Shown here one piece after another: positions 9,944-18,794 of a stretch of 32,000 bases of DNA. Where the stretch lies: assembly GCA_951812855.1 (NCBI GenBank), contig OX638337.1:30001-62000 (forward strand), in the 5' to 3' direction. The stretch's first letter is position 1. Each line of letters starts with the position of its first letter. The position numbers and the translations under genes are program-made. Under the pieces are notes generated by a model. It had not been told where the DNA came from. It saw only the letters and a list, made by a program, of their open reading frames with translations, and made no database searches. The DNA comes from an uncultured Lentisphaeria bacterium. Its GTDB lineage: Bacteria > Verrucomicrobiota > Lentisphaeria > JABSQK01 > JAJFLO01.

Positions 9944-10987
9944 TTACGATGAACGTCCATAATCATGTACGAATTTAACAAGGTCAGCCACGTTTTGAAC
10001 GGGAGTTTCTTTAATGATCCCATGTCCTAAATTGAAAATAAATCCTTTTTTCATTTTAGTTTGTTCAAGAATTTTTATTGTCTGCCTCTCAATTTCAGAG
10101 GAATTGGTGAGCAGGGTTTTGGGATCTAAATTTCCCTGAATACAAAAATCATTTCCAAGAATCGACCAGGCGTCGCTGATATCGATTCTCCAGTCAATGC
10201 CAATAATATCTGCTCTGGTATCTCTTAAATCCTGCAGAAAGGGTGACGTGTTGGTCCCGAAATAGATGAATGGGATATCATTGTATGAGTCCTTGACGTC
10301 AGTTATGATTGAGTTGATATACGGCAGTGCGAATGTACAAAACTCATCCCGTGTAAGTGTCCCGACCCATGAGTCGAATAATTGTACAGCTTGTGCTCCG
10401 GATTCAATTTGGGATTTCAAATAATCCGTAATAACTCTGCTTAGCTTTTCCATGAGCATATGCCAACCCTTTTCATTATCCTTCAGACACGCTTTTACTC
10501 GCGAAAAAGATCGGGATGACTCGCCTTCAATTGCATAACTTGCAAGCGTAAAGGGTGCACCGGAAAAACCAATTAACGGGACTAAACCGTTGAGTTCCTG
10601 TCGAACTAACCGAATGGCATCAAGGGTGAAATGCATGATTTCAGTTGCCGGCGGTTCATGAAGTGCCTGAATATCTGTATTTGTTCGGATTGGTTTTAAA
10701 AAGCGGGGACCGTCACCCTTGACAAATTCTAATTCCAGTCCCATACCATCAAGAACCGGAAGGATATCTGAAAATATTATTGCTGCATCAAGTTCAAATG
10801 CGTTAATGGGCTGCATTGTAATTTCAGTTGCCAACCGGGGTGATTTTATCAACTCTAACAAGGAGTAGGATTCTCGTAATTTTCGATACTCGGGCATGTA
10901 TCGACCCGCCTGCCGCATTAACCAGACTGGAGTTTTGTCAACATCTTTTTGGCGGCAGGCATTTAAAAACCGGGTTTCTCGACTCAT
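9944..10987 (-). CDS. hemE: Uroporphyrinogen decarboxylase
   Basis: N-terminal PVWLMRQAGRYMPEYR signature. 347 aa. Confidence 0.92.
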   Translation of the reverse strand: MSRETRFLNACRQKDVDKTPVWLMRQAGRYMPEYRKLRESYSLLELIKSPRLATEITMQPINAFELDAAIIFSDILPVLDGMGLELEFVKGDGPRFLKPIRTNTDIQALHEPPATEIMHFTLDAIRLVRQELNGLVPLIGFSGAPFTLASYAIEGESSRSFSRVKACLKDNEKGWHMLMEKLSRVITDYLKSQIESGAQAVQLFDSWVGTLTRDEFCTFALPYINSIITDVKDSYNDIPFIYFGTNTSPFLQDLRDTRADIIGIDWRIDISDAWSILGNDFCIQGNLDPKTLLTNSSEIERQTIKILEQTKMKKGFIFNLGHGIIKETPVQNVADLVKFVHDYGRSS

Positions 10988-11267
10988 TTAATCCACTCTC
11001 CCAAAATAGATTAAGGCACACGTAATGTTAGAATGGCTAATTATTTTGTCGGGTCTCAAAACACGCCAGTATAATCCGTTGTTATAAATGATACCACACC
11101 ATCATTTTTCCCCTATCATTGAATTATCATATTAGAATAATTTTCGCTGTGATCAGTGTACTTAACAGTATCCCTGATTTCAAATTAAAGAGTGAGTGCG
11201 ATGATTTGATTGTACTTTATAACGCTGCTGTCATACCGGTCATCAGCATTCTAATTCTGTGTAGAAT

Positions 11268-11792
11268 CTATTTGATAAGATTCGGCAGAAAATTCACGGC
11301 TTCTGATATACTTCTTACAGAATAGGTTGCGGATTCATTATTGTTTTCACCGATGAAAATTGTTTTACATCCAGCATTTTTTCCAGCGATAATATCTGAG
11401 TCTTTGTCTCCAATCATAAACGATCCGGTGCAGTCAATGGATAATTCATCGGCAGTATCAAGGATTAATTTAGGGCTTGGTTTTCGACACGAACAGTGAT
11501 TTTCAGGTGCATGAGGACAATATTTTATACTGGCGAGATGGACATTGAATGCTTCCAGAATGACAGAGAGTCTTTGATGCTGCAGCCGGACATCGGAATC
11601 TGCCATCATTCCCCTTCCGATCCCGGATTGATTGGAAATGATAACGATCAGATATCCTGAATTTGCCATGTCCGAAAGTGCCCGGCCGGCACCATTTATC
11701 AGCTCGACGTCATCGGGGTCCTTTAAGTAATGTTTATCGATGATGACAGTTCCATCACGATCAAGGAACACAGCTTTTTTTACGTTGTCCAT
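11268..11792 (-). CDS. gmhB: D-glycero-D-manno-heptose 1,7-bisphosphate phosphatase (HAD family)
   Basis: HAD motif I FLDRDGT. Zn-binding CPHAPENHCSCRKP typical of GmhB. Lies next to the heptose kinase gene. Confidence 0.85.
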   Translation of the reverse strand: MDNVKKAVFLDRDGTVIIDKHYLKDPDDVELINGAGRALSDMANSGYLIVIISNQSGIGRGMMADSDVRLQHQRLSVILEAFNVHLASIKYCPHAPENHCSCRKPSPKLILDTADELSIDCTGSFMIGDKDSDIIAGKNAGCKTIFIGENNNESATYSVRSISEAVNFLPNLIK

Positions 11793-11795
11793 TTA

Positions 11796-12800
11796 TTAAT
11801 TTTTAAAACTGTTTAACAAACTCTTGTTATCTACCGGAACCGTTCCCGCCTTACCGACAACAATACCTGCAGCATGATTTGCAATGGCAGCTGCCTCTAA
11901 AGGTTTGGCCCCGGCTAATAATGCTGACATAAACGTGGCAATAACCGTGTCGCCAGCTCCTGAAACATCGAATACTTCCTGTGCCAGAGTCGGAATATGA
12001 ATTGGATTTTTACCCTTTTCGAACAACGCCATACCTCCCGGTCCAAGGGTGATAAGCAACATCTTTTCAACGGATTTTGATAGAAGTTTATCGCCGACCT
12101 TAAGTAACTTTTGATCATCTCTAATGGGAAAAACCGATGGTGTGAGATATTCTCCGGCCAGAGCAAACGCTTCCTGACGATTTGGGGTAAGCAAGGTTAT
12201 TCCCTTCATTTTCAGTTCATTTCCGGGGTGTGGATCAAGTGCGACTGGAATACACCTTGACTGTGCCGGTTTTATAATTTTTGAGATGAGAGAATTTGTG
12301 ATAACTCCTTTATTATAATCTTCGATAATTAACGCATCGAGTTTTCCGTTCTCAATTGAATTGGTTATTGATGCAATCAATTTACCCGTTAGTTCATTAT
12401 TGATATGCGAGGCAATTTCATCATCAATTCTGGCGACTTGCTGATTGTTGGCAATCAGTCGGGTTTTCACAGTTGTTATTCGTGTTTTGTCAACAATCAG
12501 ACCATCGGTATTGATATCTGATTTATTACATAACCGGGTCAGTTCAGCACCGTCGGAATCCGCACCGATTATACCAAACCCTATTGCCTGAACACCGAGT
12601 GATGATAAATTCCGCAGCACATTTGCAGCACCACCCAGAGTCGTTGTTTTATTTTGTACCTGAACAACAGGCACAGGTGCCTCGGGCGAAATTCTGCTGG
12701 CATGACCCCAGATATATTTATCAAAAATAATGTCCCCGATTACGCCAATATGAAATTCGGAAAAACGATTTATTAATTTATGAGCACGTGATTTATTCAT
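11796..12800 (-). CDS. hldA: D-beta-D-heptose 7-phosphate kinase (RfaE domain I type, PfkB family)
   Basis: PfkB signature DVSGAGDTV. 334 aa, kinase domain only. Sits in the LPS-core cluster with gmhB and waaA. Confidence 0.8.
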   Translation of the reverse strand: MNKSRAHKLINRFSEFHIGVIGDIIFDKYIWGHASRISPEAPVPVVQVQNKTTTLGGAANVLRNLSSLGVQAIGFGIIGADSDGAELTRLCNKSDINTDGLIVDKTRITTVKTRLIANNQQVARIDDEIASHINNELTGKLIASITNSIENGKLDALIIEDYNKGVITNSLISKIIKPAQSRCIPVALDPHPGNELKMKGITLLTPNRQEAFALAGEYLTPSVFPIRDDQKLLKVGDKLLSKSVEKMLLITLGPGGMALFEKGKNPIHIPTLAQEVFDVSGAGDTVIATFMSALLAGAKPLEAAAIANHAAGIVVGKAGTVPVDNKSLLNSFKN

Positions 12801-12808
12801 GATATGTT

Positions 12809-14164
12809 TTAGTCTTTTCCCCTGGTGTCGTTTATTATGTCCTGTAATAATCGGATCGTTTTATCAGTGGCACCTCTGTTTTTATCAACAATAGATTTTG
12901 CTTTTTCACCGAATATTAATCGTTTATCAGGATTCTCTATCAGGTCTTGAATCGCGTGGTGTAATTCTGTCTCATTATTAACCTCAATACATGCATTCTC
13001 TGATTTAAATAATTTAACAACATCTCTAAAATTATACATGTGCGGGCCAAATAAAATTGGTTTTCCAAACAATGCAGGTTCAATAATGTTATGTCCCCCT
13101 TTATTTTCGGCTAAACTCTTACCGACAAATACGATATCGGACAGATTCAGATAGTGTAACATTTCTCCCGTGGCATTTACGATCAGAATTTTAGTCCTGT
13201 TTGTATCATGGTCTGTCTGGACAGCAGTGTTATTGGTATTGAGTCTGTTGCCTAATTCTGAAGCAAGCACATAGTCACTATTCTCTTCGTTTAAGAGTTG
13301 TTCTATTTCAGCGGTTCTTTCGATATGTCTCGGGATAATAACAAGCAATAAATCCGGATATGTTTCAGCGAGTGATTTTAGCACGTGGATCATTATTTTT
13401 TCTTCGCCGGGATGGGTGCTTGCTGCTGTAAAAACGATCCGGTTTGAATTATTGCATAGATGATCTATAAACCTCGGTGCATCAGGCTTGGACAGAGACG
13501 CAATTTGATCAAACTTCATTGTATTGCAGACAACAATTTTATCCGGACGCTTAGAAATCAATGCGATTCGCCTGGCATCCTCTTTTGTTTGAGTGCAAAT
13601 GACAGTAAATTTTGCAAAAATATGTTTGAAAAAAAAACGATATTTTTGATATCCTTTAGCTGAATTATCAGACATTCGACAATTGACGATGGCTGTATCA
13701 ATATTTTTTGCAGCGGCAGTTGTTATGAGATTAGGCCAGATTTCAACTTCAAAAATAATAACCATGACAGGTTTTATGATGCTCAAAGCACGCCTGGTGA
13801 ATATGAAAAAATCCAATGGAAAATAGATCGGTATTATTCGGTCATTTTGTTGCCTTCCGGCAATGGATTGTCCGGTGCTTGTGGTTGAAGATAATATAAA
13901 TTGTACGTCGTTATCCCGTTCGCACCATTCATTTATAAAGGTTAGTGCTGCAACTGTTTCACCAACGCTGACCGCATGAATCCAAATGGGTTTTCTGCAT
14001 GCGTTAAATTGCCGTTTTTTCCCCGATGAATACACACTGAATCGTTCCCAAAATCCATTTTGATAATTCCCTCTGCGTTTCAATCTGTAAAAAAATACGG
14101 GGAGATATAGCAAAAAAAGGATTGGAAACAGGACATTGTATATAAGTAATATAAATTTTACCAT
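12809..14164 (-). CDS. waaA: 3-deoxy-D-manno-octulosonic acid (Kdo) transferase
   Basis: N-terminal membrane anchor and the characteristic WIHAVSVGE motif. 451 aa. Confidence 0.88.
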   Translation of the reverse strand: MVKFILLIYNVLFPILFLLYLPVFFYRLKRRGNYQNGFWERFSVYSSGKKRQFNACRKPIWIHAVSVGETVAALTFINEWCERDNDVQFILSSTTSTGQSIAGRQQNDRIIPIYFPLDFFIFTRRALSIIKPVMVIIFEVEIWPNLITTAAAKNIDTAIVNCRMSDNSAKGYQKYRFFFKHIFAKFTVICTQTKEDARRIALISKRPDKIVVCNTMKFDQIASLSKPDAPRFIDHLCNNSNRIVFTAASTHPGEEKIMIHVLKSLAETYPDLLLVIIPRHIERTAEIEQLLNEENSDYVLASELGNRLNTNNTAVQTDHDTNRTKILIVNATGEMLHYLNLSDIVFVGKSLAENKGGHNIIEPALFGKPILFGPHMYNFRDVVKLFKSENACIEVNNETELHHAIQDLIENPDKRLIFGEKAKSIVDKNRGATDKTIRLLQDIINDTRGKD

Positions 14165-15000
14165 ATCGTTTTGTGCTTAATGGATTTTAATGACGGAAGT
14201 TTCTTTCGAACATTCATAATTTCTTTTTTTGAAAGTGTTTCACTAATATAACCTTCATTTTCAGCCAGTGAGGAAATTACTGAACCCCAGGGATCAATTA
14301 CCATTGAATGACCGTAGGCTCTGGTATTTATGCTCTCATTTAAACCGCATTGATTGACACCTGCAACATAATACTGATTTTCAATTGCCCTGGCTTTCAG
14401 TAACACTTCCCAGTGTGATTTTCCTGTGAATTGAGTAAATTCAGACGTACAGAGCACAAGATCAGCACCTGTATACGCACGAAACAGTTCGGGGAATCTT
14501 AAATCATAACATATGGTTAAGCCTATGTTCCAGTCATTAACCGAAATTAACATCGGTTTATCTCCTGTATCAAATAATGCACGTTCGTTAATGACAGCCG
14601 TATCATAATTGAGTTGGAACAAGTGAATTTTTTTGTAATTTCCAATAACTCTTCCAGATGCATCGATCACTAATGAGGTATTATACAGCTTCCCGGAATA
14701 AAAAATGGGCAGTCCTCCCCAGACAATGGTTGATTGATACCGAATAGAGAATTCACTTAATTCATCAATAAAGAAATTTTCTTCTTTTGCAAATGTTTTA
14801 ATTTCCGCATAATTTCCACGAAATAATGTATGTTCCGGAAAAATGATCAGATCACACTCTTGATTCCGGCATTCTTCTAATAAACCAATTATTATAGATC
14901 GATTATGCCGGCAGCTGTTTGTTGATGATAATTGGGACAAAAAAATTGATAATAAACTCTGACCGGATTCATCTTTTGCCTTTGTTAAATGTGTTGTCAT
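14158..15000 (-). CDS. Carbon-nitrogen hydrolase (nitrilase superfamily)
   Basis: E-K-C triad contexts IIFPEH, YKKIHLF and LTICYDLRFPE. Overlaps waaA by 7 nt. Confidence 0.8.
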   Translation of the reverse strand: MTTHLTKAKDESGQSLLSIFLSQLSSTNSCRHNRSIIIGLLEECRNQECDLIIFPEHTLFRGNYAEIKTFAKEENFFIDELSEFSIRYQSTIVWGGLPIFYSGKLYNTSLVIDASGRVIGNYKKIHLFQLNYDTAVINERALFDTGDKPMLISVNDWNIGLTICYDLRFPELFRAYTGADLVLCTSEFTQFTGKSHWEVLLKARAIENQYYVAGVNQCGLNESINTRAYGHSMVIDPWGSVISSLAENEGYISETLSKKEIMNVRKKLPSLKSIKHKTIW

Positions 15001-15113
15001 AGTATCTTAGTTCTGAATTATACAAGTTAATCAGGCTTTGAACAGCCCTGTACCGGTGGGTGAATCTGTTTTTCCTCGTTCTTGTAATTAATAACATCAA
15101 ACGGTAATATCGA

Positions 15114-16088
15114 GTGAAATACTACATTAAAAAAGCTAAATCTGTTATTCAGACTGAAATTGACGGTTTAAATACTGTCAAAGATAAATTGGATGACTCT
15201 TTTGTTCAGTTGGTTGATTTATGCCTGAAAACACGTAGAGATGATGGCAAAATCGTGATTTGCGGTGTTGGAAAAAGTGGTTATGTCGGAAGAAAAATAG
15301 CAGCTACACTGTCCAGCACGGGATCGCCGGCAGCATTTCTCCATCCCGTAGAAGCAATGCACGGAGATCTTGGAATCGTTCATCCAAAAGATATTCTGCT
15401 GGCATTCAGTTACAGTGGTGAAACCCATGAACTCCTTACAGTATTACCTGCAATAAAACGATTTAATATACCCATTGTTGCGGTTACCGGAAATCCTGAG
15501 TCAACATTGGCGAACCTGTGTGATTTAGTTGTGTCAGCATCAATCCCCAGGGAAGCCTGCCCATTTAATCAGGCACCCACCACTTCGACGACATGTCAAA
15601 TGGCTTTAGGGGATGCACTTGCGATGGTATTATTAGATACACTGGATTTTACATCTGAAGACTATGGCAAATTTCATCCCGGAGGTTCCATTGGTCTTGC
15701 TGTTACATTGATTGTGAAAGATATGATGCGCCAGTCTGAGCGCTTTGCCGTAACCACAGGAGATACAACGGTCAAAGATGCGTTGGTTTTGATGACCAGG
15801 TGCCGATCCGGTTCTGTCGTGATTATTGATGATAATAAAAAATTATGCGGAATCTTTACAGACGGAGACCTAAGACGGCATATTCAAAAAGAACTGAATA
15901 TATTCGACCATCCTGTCAGTGAGGTTATGACTGAAAATCCAATTTCAATCAACGAAAATATACTTGCCATAGAAATTCTAAAAATATTGGAAACTCGGGA
16001 AATCGATGATATCCCTGTCGTTAACAACAATGACGATGTTGTCGGATTGGTTGATATTCAGGATTTAGCCAAATATAAGCTGATGTAA
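15114..16088 (+). CDS. kdsD: Arabinose-5-phosphate isomerase (SIS domain + tandem CBS domains)
   Basis: SIS motif VICGVGKSGYVGRKIAATLSSTG, followed by a CBS pair. GTG start. Confidence 0.88.
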   Translation: MKYYIKKAKSVIQTEIDGLNTVKDKLDDSFVQLVDLCLKTRRDDGKIVICGVGKSGYVGRKIAATLSSTGSPAAFLHPVEAMHGDLGIVHPKDILLAFSYSGETHELLTVLPAIKRFNIPIVAVTGNPESTLANLCDLVVSASIPREACPFNQAPTTSTTCQMALGDALAMVLLDTLDFTSEDYGKFHPGGSIGLAVTLIVKDMMRQSERFAVTTGDTTVKDALVLMTRCRSGSVVIIDDNKKLCGIFTDGDLRRHIQKELNIFDHPVSEVMTENPISINENILAIEILKILETREIDDIPVVNNNDDVVGLVDIQDLAKYKLM

Positions 16089-16188
16089 ATCCATGGTTGT
16101 AATCTCACCCTTTATGCCTTCTGTACCCGGGACAATTCAACCGTTGAAAAACAGATCAGAAGAACTATCCCGAGTCAAACCAAGGACA

Positions 16189-16214
16189 CCCCTTTGAAAA
16201 TCCCCTTTGAAAAT
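16189..16214. repeat. Perfect 13-bp tandem duplication (CCCCTTTGAAAAT x2)
   Basis: Read directly: 16189-16201 is identical to 16202-16214. It is bracketed by the 7-bp inverted repeat AGGACAC (16183-16189) / GTGTCCT (16218-16224). It sits at the left edge of the island and abuts the DUF262-HNH stop codon. Confidence 0.95.
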
Positions 16215-16222
16215 CGAGTGTC

Positions 16223-17308
16223 CTATTCGCCTGATTTTCGACGGTTGCAATCCTTGCATAGCATCTGGCAGTTTTCGGCAATGGTCTTTCCGCCCTTGGT
16301 CCACGGCGTGATATGGTCGGCTTCCATTTCTTCTAATTTAAAATGCTCATTGCACCTCGCACAGGTGCCCTTTTTCTGCTCATACGCCTCTCGCTTTTGC
16401 TTATCTGTAAAGGCACGGACGTTTAGATGTTTTTCTTCTCCTGTCAGCAGATAGGCATAAATGCCTTTTTTACTGGTTACATCCTCATCTTCCATCAATT
16501 TTGCAACCCGTTTTTCTAAGGCATCCGGGTCGTATGTTTCATCTTTGTAGGTATTGTAAAAGTCTCCCCACCGCAAGCCTTTCATTTCTTTTTTACGGTA
16601 ATTCGGGAAAGTCTTTTGCGTCCACTCAATAACCCTTTGAAAATAATCCCACAGTTTTTTTGCATCGGACTCGTGTTGATGTGTACCCATATACTCTTCT
16701 ATCGTGCCATTGCTGAACCATTTGATGGCTGTCTCCAGATAGTCCTGTCTGATGGGGCTGCCGCTTAGGTATTTGTTACCCACTGGATAAGCAGGACAAT
16801 CCGTTTTGCTGAAATATCTTTTGGCATCGGTTACCCAAGAACCATGATAAACCGCATTTCGCAATTCCTGGTCGGTCAGTTTTTCGCCAGCGATATTGAT
16901 AGTCTTGAACCATTCCAGTTTTTCGCTGTCGGTGCCAGTGCATTGATAAATCATTAATTTATAATTTAAGATTTTTTCTTGTTCGTCATCTTGTAAACTA
17001 TAAAAATATCTTTTTTCAACAGAAAAAACACCCTTTACATATCGGCAAATGGAGACCGTGCGCTGTTGGCCGTCAATAATCTCAAAATTGTCATCACCAC
17101 GCACGGCCCAATACATGACATTTAATGGAAAGCCTTTGTTTATGGTGTCAATAACGGCATCGCGCTGTGCCTCTTTATAGATAAACTCACGCTGATACGG
17201 CGGGCGAATATCCAGCTTGCTGCCGTAGCCCTTAGCGCCGTTTTCCTGGTTGTCTTCATAGCCGTCTGCCAATTCGCGAACGGTTATCTCTTTGAGTGTT
17301 ATATCCAT
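16223..17308 (-). CDS. DUF262 (ParB/GmrSD-N-like, DGQQR motif) - HNH endonuclease fusion; candidate type IV / modification-dependent restriction nuclease
   Basis: IRPPYQREF and IIDGQQRT are the DUF262 signatures. The C-terminus CARCN...ADHITPWTKGG...NCQMLCKDCNRRK is a classical HNH zinc-finger nuclease motif. Confidence 0.8.
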   Translation of the reverse strand: MDITLKEITVRELADGYEDNQENGAKGYGSKLDIRPPYQREFIYKEAQRDAVIDTINKGFPLNVMYWAVRGDDNFEIIDGQQRTVSICRYVKGVFSVEKRYFYSLQDDEQEKILNYKLMIYQCTGTDSEKLEWFKTINIAGEKLTDQELRNAVYHGSWVTDAKRYFSKTDCPAYPVGNKYLSGSPIRQDYLETAIKWFSNGTIEEYMGTHQHESDAKKLWDYFQRVIEWTQKTFPNYRKKEMKGLRWGDFYNTYKDETYDPDALEKRVAKLMEDEDVTSKKGIYAYLLTGEEKHLNVRAFTDKQKREAYEQKKGTCARCNEHFKLEEMEADHITPWTKGGKTIAENCQMLCKDCNRRKSGE

Positions 17309-17441
17309 TTATTTGCCGCTCTTTTTTTGATAGTGTGCTTGACTTTATATCATTGCCAAATTCAGTTCAATTGTTGTTTCACTGCTGGTATCGTCCGCAA
17401 ACTCCTGATTCAAAATATCGGCGATTAACTCGCCACTCTGC

Positions 17442-17834
17442 TCAACGAGCTGCTGTTTTTTTGCGATCTTGTTTTTCAGTTGCAAGCGTTTTTGCCACTT
17501 TACTAAACTCTCTTACTTTGGCAAAGGTCTCAATAATCTGAAGCGTGGCTTTGGTCGCCTCTTTTGATTTGAGAATGGTTGCCAGCATATACAAGCCCTT
17601 TTCGGTAAATGCCTTGGGAAGTTTTACTTTTCCTCCCTTTGAAGTCGCATTTTGCGACTTCAAAGTATTTGTGTCCTTTTGATGAGATAAAATCACATTT
17701 TCTGATTGTATAGCAAGCGCAGGCCGTTCTGTAGTGGTTTTGTAGCTTGAATCGGGGCATGTAGGACAGCGTAGATAAAGGCAAGAATCTGTTCTGGGGC
17801 GGACGATTTTGCGGGTAAGGTTTTTTATTAGCAC
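17442..17834 (-). pseudogene. Chimeric remnant: C-terminal half of an ORF6N/KilA-N-type DNA-binding domain preceded by unrelated sequence
   Basis: SKGGKVKLPKAFTEKGLYMLATILKSKEATKATLQIIETFAKVRE matches the distal half of ORF6N-type domains, but the usual N-terminal half is absent. The ORF ends just after an A7 run (T7 on the plus strand at 17456-17462). A7 to A6 would extend it by about 36 codons, to 17345. A different frame at 17753-17797 encodes a fragment of another protein family. Confidence 0.5.
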
Positions 17835-17861
17835 GGAAATCGGGTGTGAAATTTGCGGTTT

Positions 17862-18794
17862 TTAGACGGAGAAATCTAAGTAGTAGGTTTCATTGTCTAT
17901 CTTGTATATTGTAACTTCTTTGCGACCGTATCTTTCTAAGTCTTCTACTCTGACCCGCTCCCCATATTCTACGCCTAATCTATTTCTAAAATATCTACCC
18001 ATAATGCTATTGTTTTCGGTTGTGTGGATGGCCTTTCCTTGCTCTTGTGCAACAACGCATATCATCGAAATATCATCGTCAGTTAGGATGGTAAATGGCA
18101 CTCCCAAAGGAGGTAAAATATTCCTCTCACGCTCTTCTATGGGAACAGGAATGTAAGCTTGGTCTAGGTTTCTGCCTTTTCTTTGCCCCCAATTTAGCCC
18201 AGCCTTTTCATGTACTTTGCCTTCCCGATTTTTTTGAGTCATGTAAAGAGGAAGGGTAACGCTAGGCAATTCTTTATTGCTTATTGCAGGATAATCTATT
18301 TTCTCTGGAATGGAAAAATGTTGATCTAGTTCGTGGGCATTACAAAATGCAGTTCTTTTGCGTGTTTTCTCTATAAATTTGAATGCTTTTTGCGGGTCTG
18401 TTATCGCCAAAACTTCTTGTTGTTGGGAGGGTAAAAATCCGTTGCTTGTGTAGTTCGCAGATCCAACATAGGCCGCGATAGGATTTTTTTCATTACTAAA
18501 AAGATAAACTTTGGCATGAACAGATGGCGAGCAAATTAAATAGTCGCAAACAAAATTTTTGTATATTTTGCATACTTGACAGAATCCTAAATGCTTTGGT
18601 CTGTCTATAGCGTTTTTTAAGGACATGCCAATCGTTAAGTGTATTTTTGCCTCGATATTATTGTTCTTAAGTTCTAGTAAATGTTTATCTGCCATAGATG
18701 GAGACGCATAACCAGAGACGATATCTAGTTTTGTGGCTTCATTGTTAAGAAATGGTTCAAGTAAAATTTTTGTAAATAAGTTTTCACTTAACAT
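17862..18794 (-). CDS. Type II restriction endonuclease, NgoFVII/BfiI-like (N-terminal PLD/HKD nuclease + C-terminal DNA-recognition domain)
   Basis: PLD-type HxK...GSxN motif in VHAKVYLFSNEKNPIAAYVGSANYT. The C-terminal LNWGQRKGRNLDQAYIPV...TDDD...MGRYFRNRLGV...YGR pattern is typical of the NgoFVII C-terminal domain. The start overlaps the C5-MTase stop by 7 nt. Confidence 0.78.
   Translation of the reverse strand: MLSENLFTKILLEPFLNNEATKLDIVSGYASPSMADKHLLELKNNNIEAKIHLTIGMSLKNAIDRPKHLGFCQVCKIYKNFVCDYLICSPSVHAKVYLFSNEKNPIAAYVGSANYTSNGFLPSQQQEVLAITDPQKAFKFIEKTRKRTAFCNAHELDQHFSIPEKIDYPAISNKELPSVTLPLYMTQKNREGKVHEKAGLNWGQRKGRNLDQAYIPVPIEERERNILPPLGVPFTILTDDDISMICVVAQEQGKAIHTTENNSIMGRYFRNRLGVEYGERVRVEDLERYGRKEVTIYKIDNETYYLDFSV

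Noticed and set aside
11119-11325. 68-aa plus-strand ORF in the hemE-gmhB spacer.
   Set aside because: It is hydrophobic and low-complexity with a non-ATG (TTG) start, and its end overlaps the gmhB 3-prime end. I found no motif. The spacer more likely just holds the hemE promoter.
11796-12800. Heptose kinase lacking the adenylyltransferase half of bifunctional HldE, considered as a possible truncation.
   Set aside because: Split hldA/hldC arrangements are normal in many bacteria. The ORF is full length for a PfkB kinase and shows no sign of decay.
16115-16122. Possible island-flanking direct repeat: TGCCTTCT(G/C)T(A/C)CCC at 16115-16128 and 26110-26123.
   Set aside because: It has only an 8-nt exact core with 12/14 overall, which is within chance expectation for two ~130-430-bp spacers. 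It is not positioned symmetrically at the junctions.
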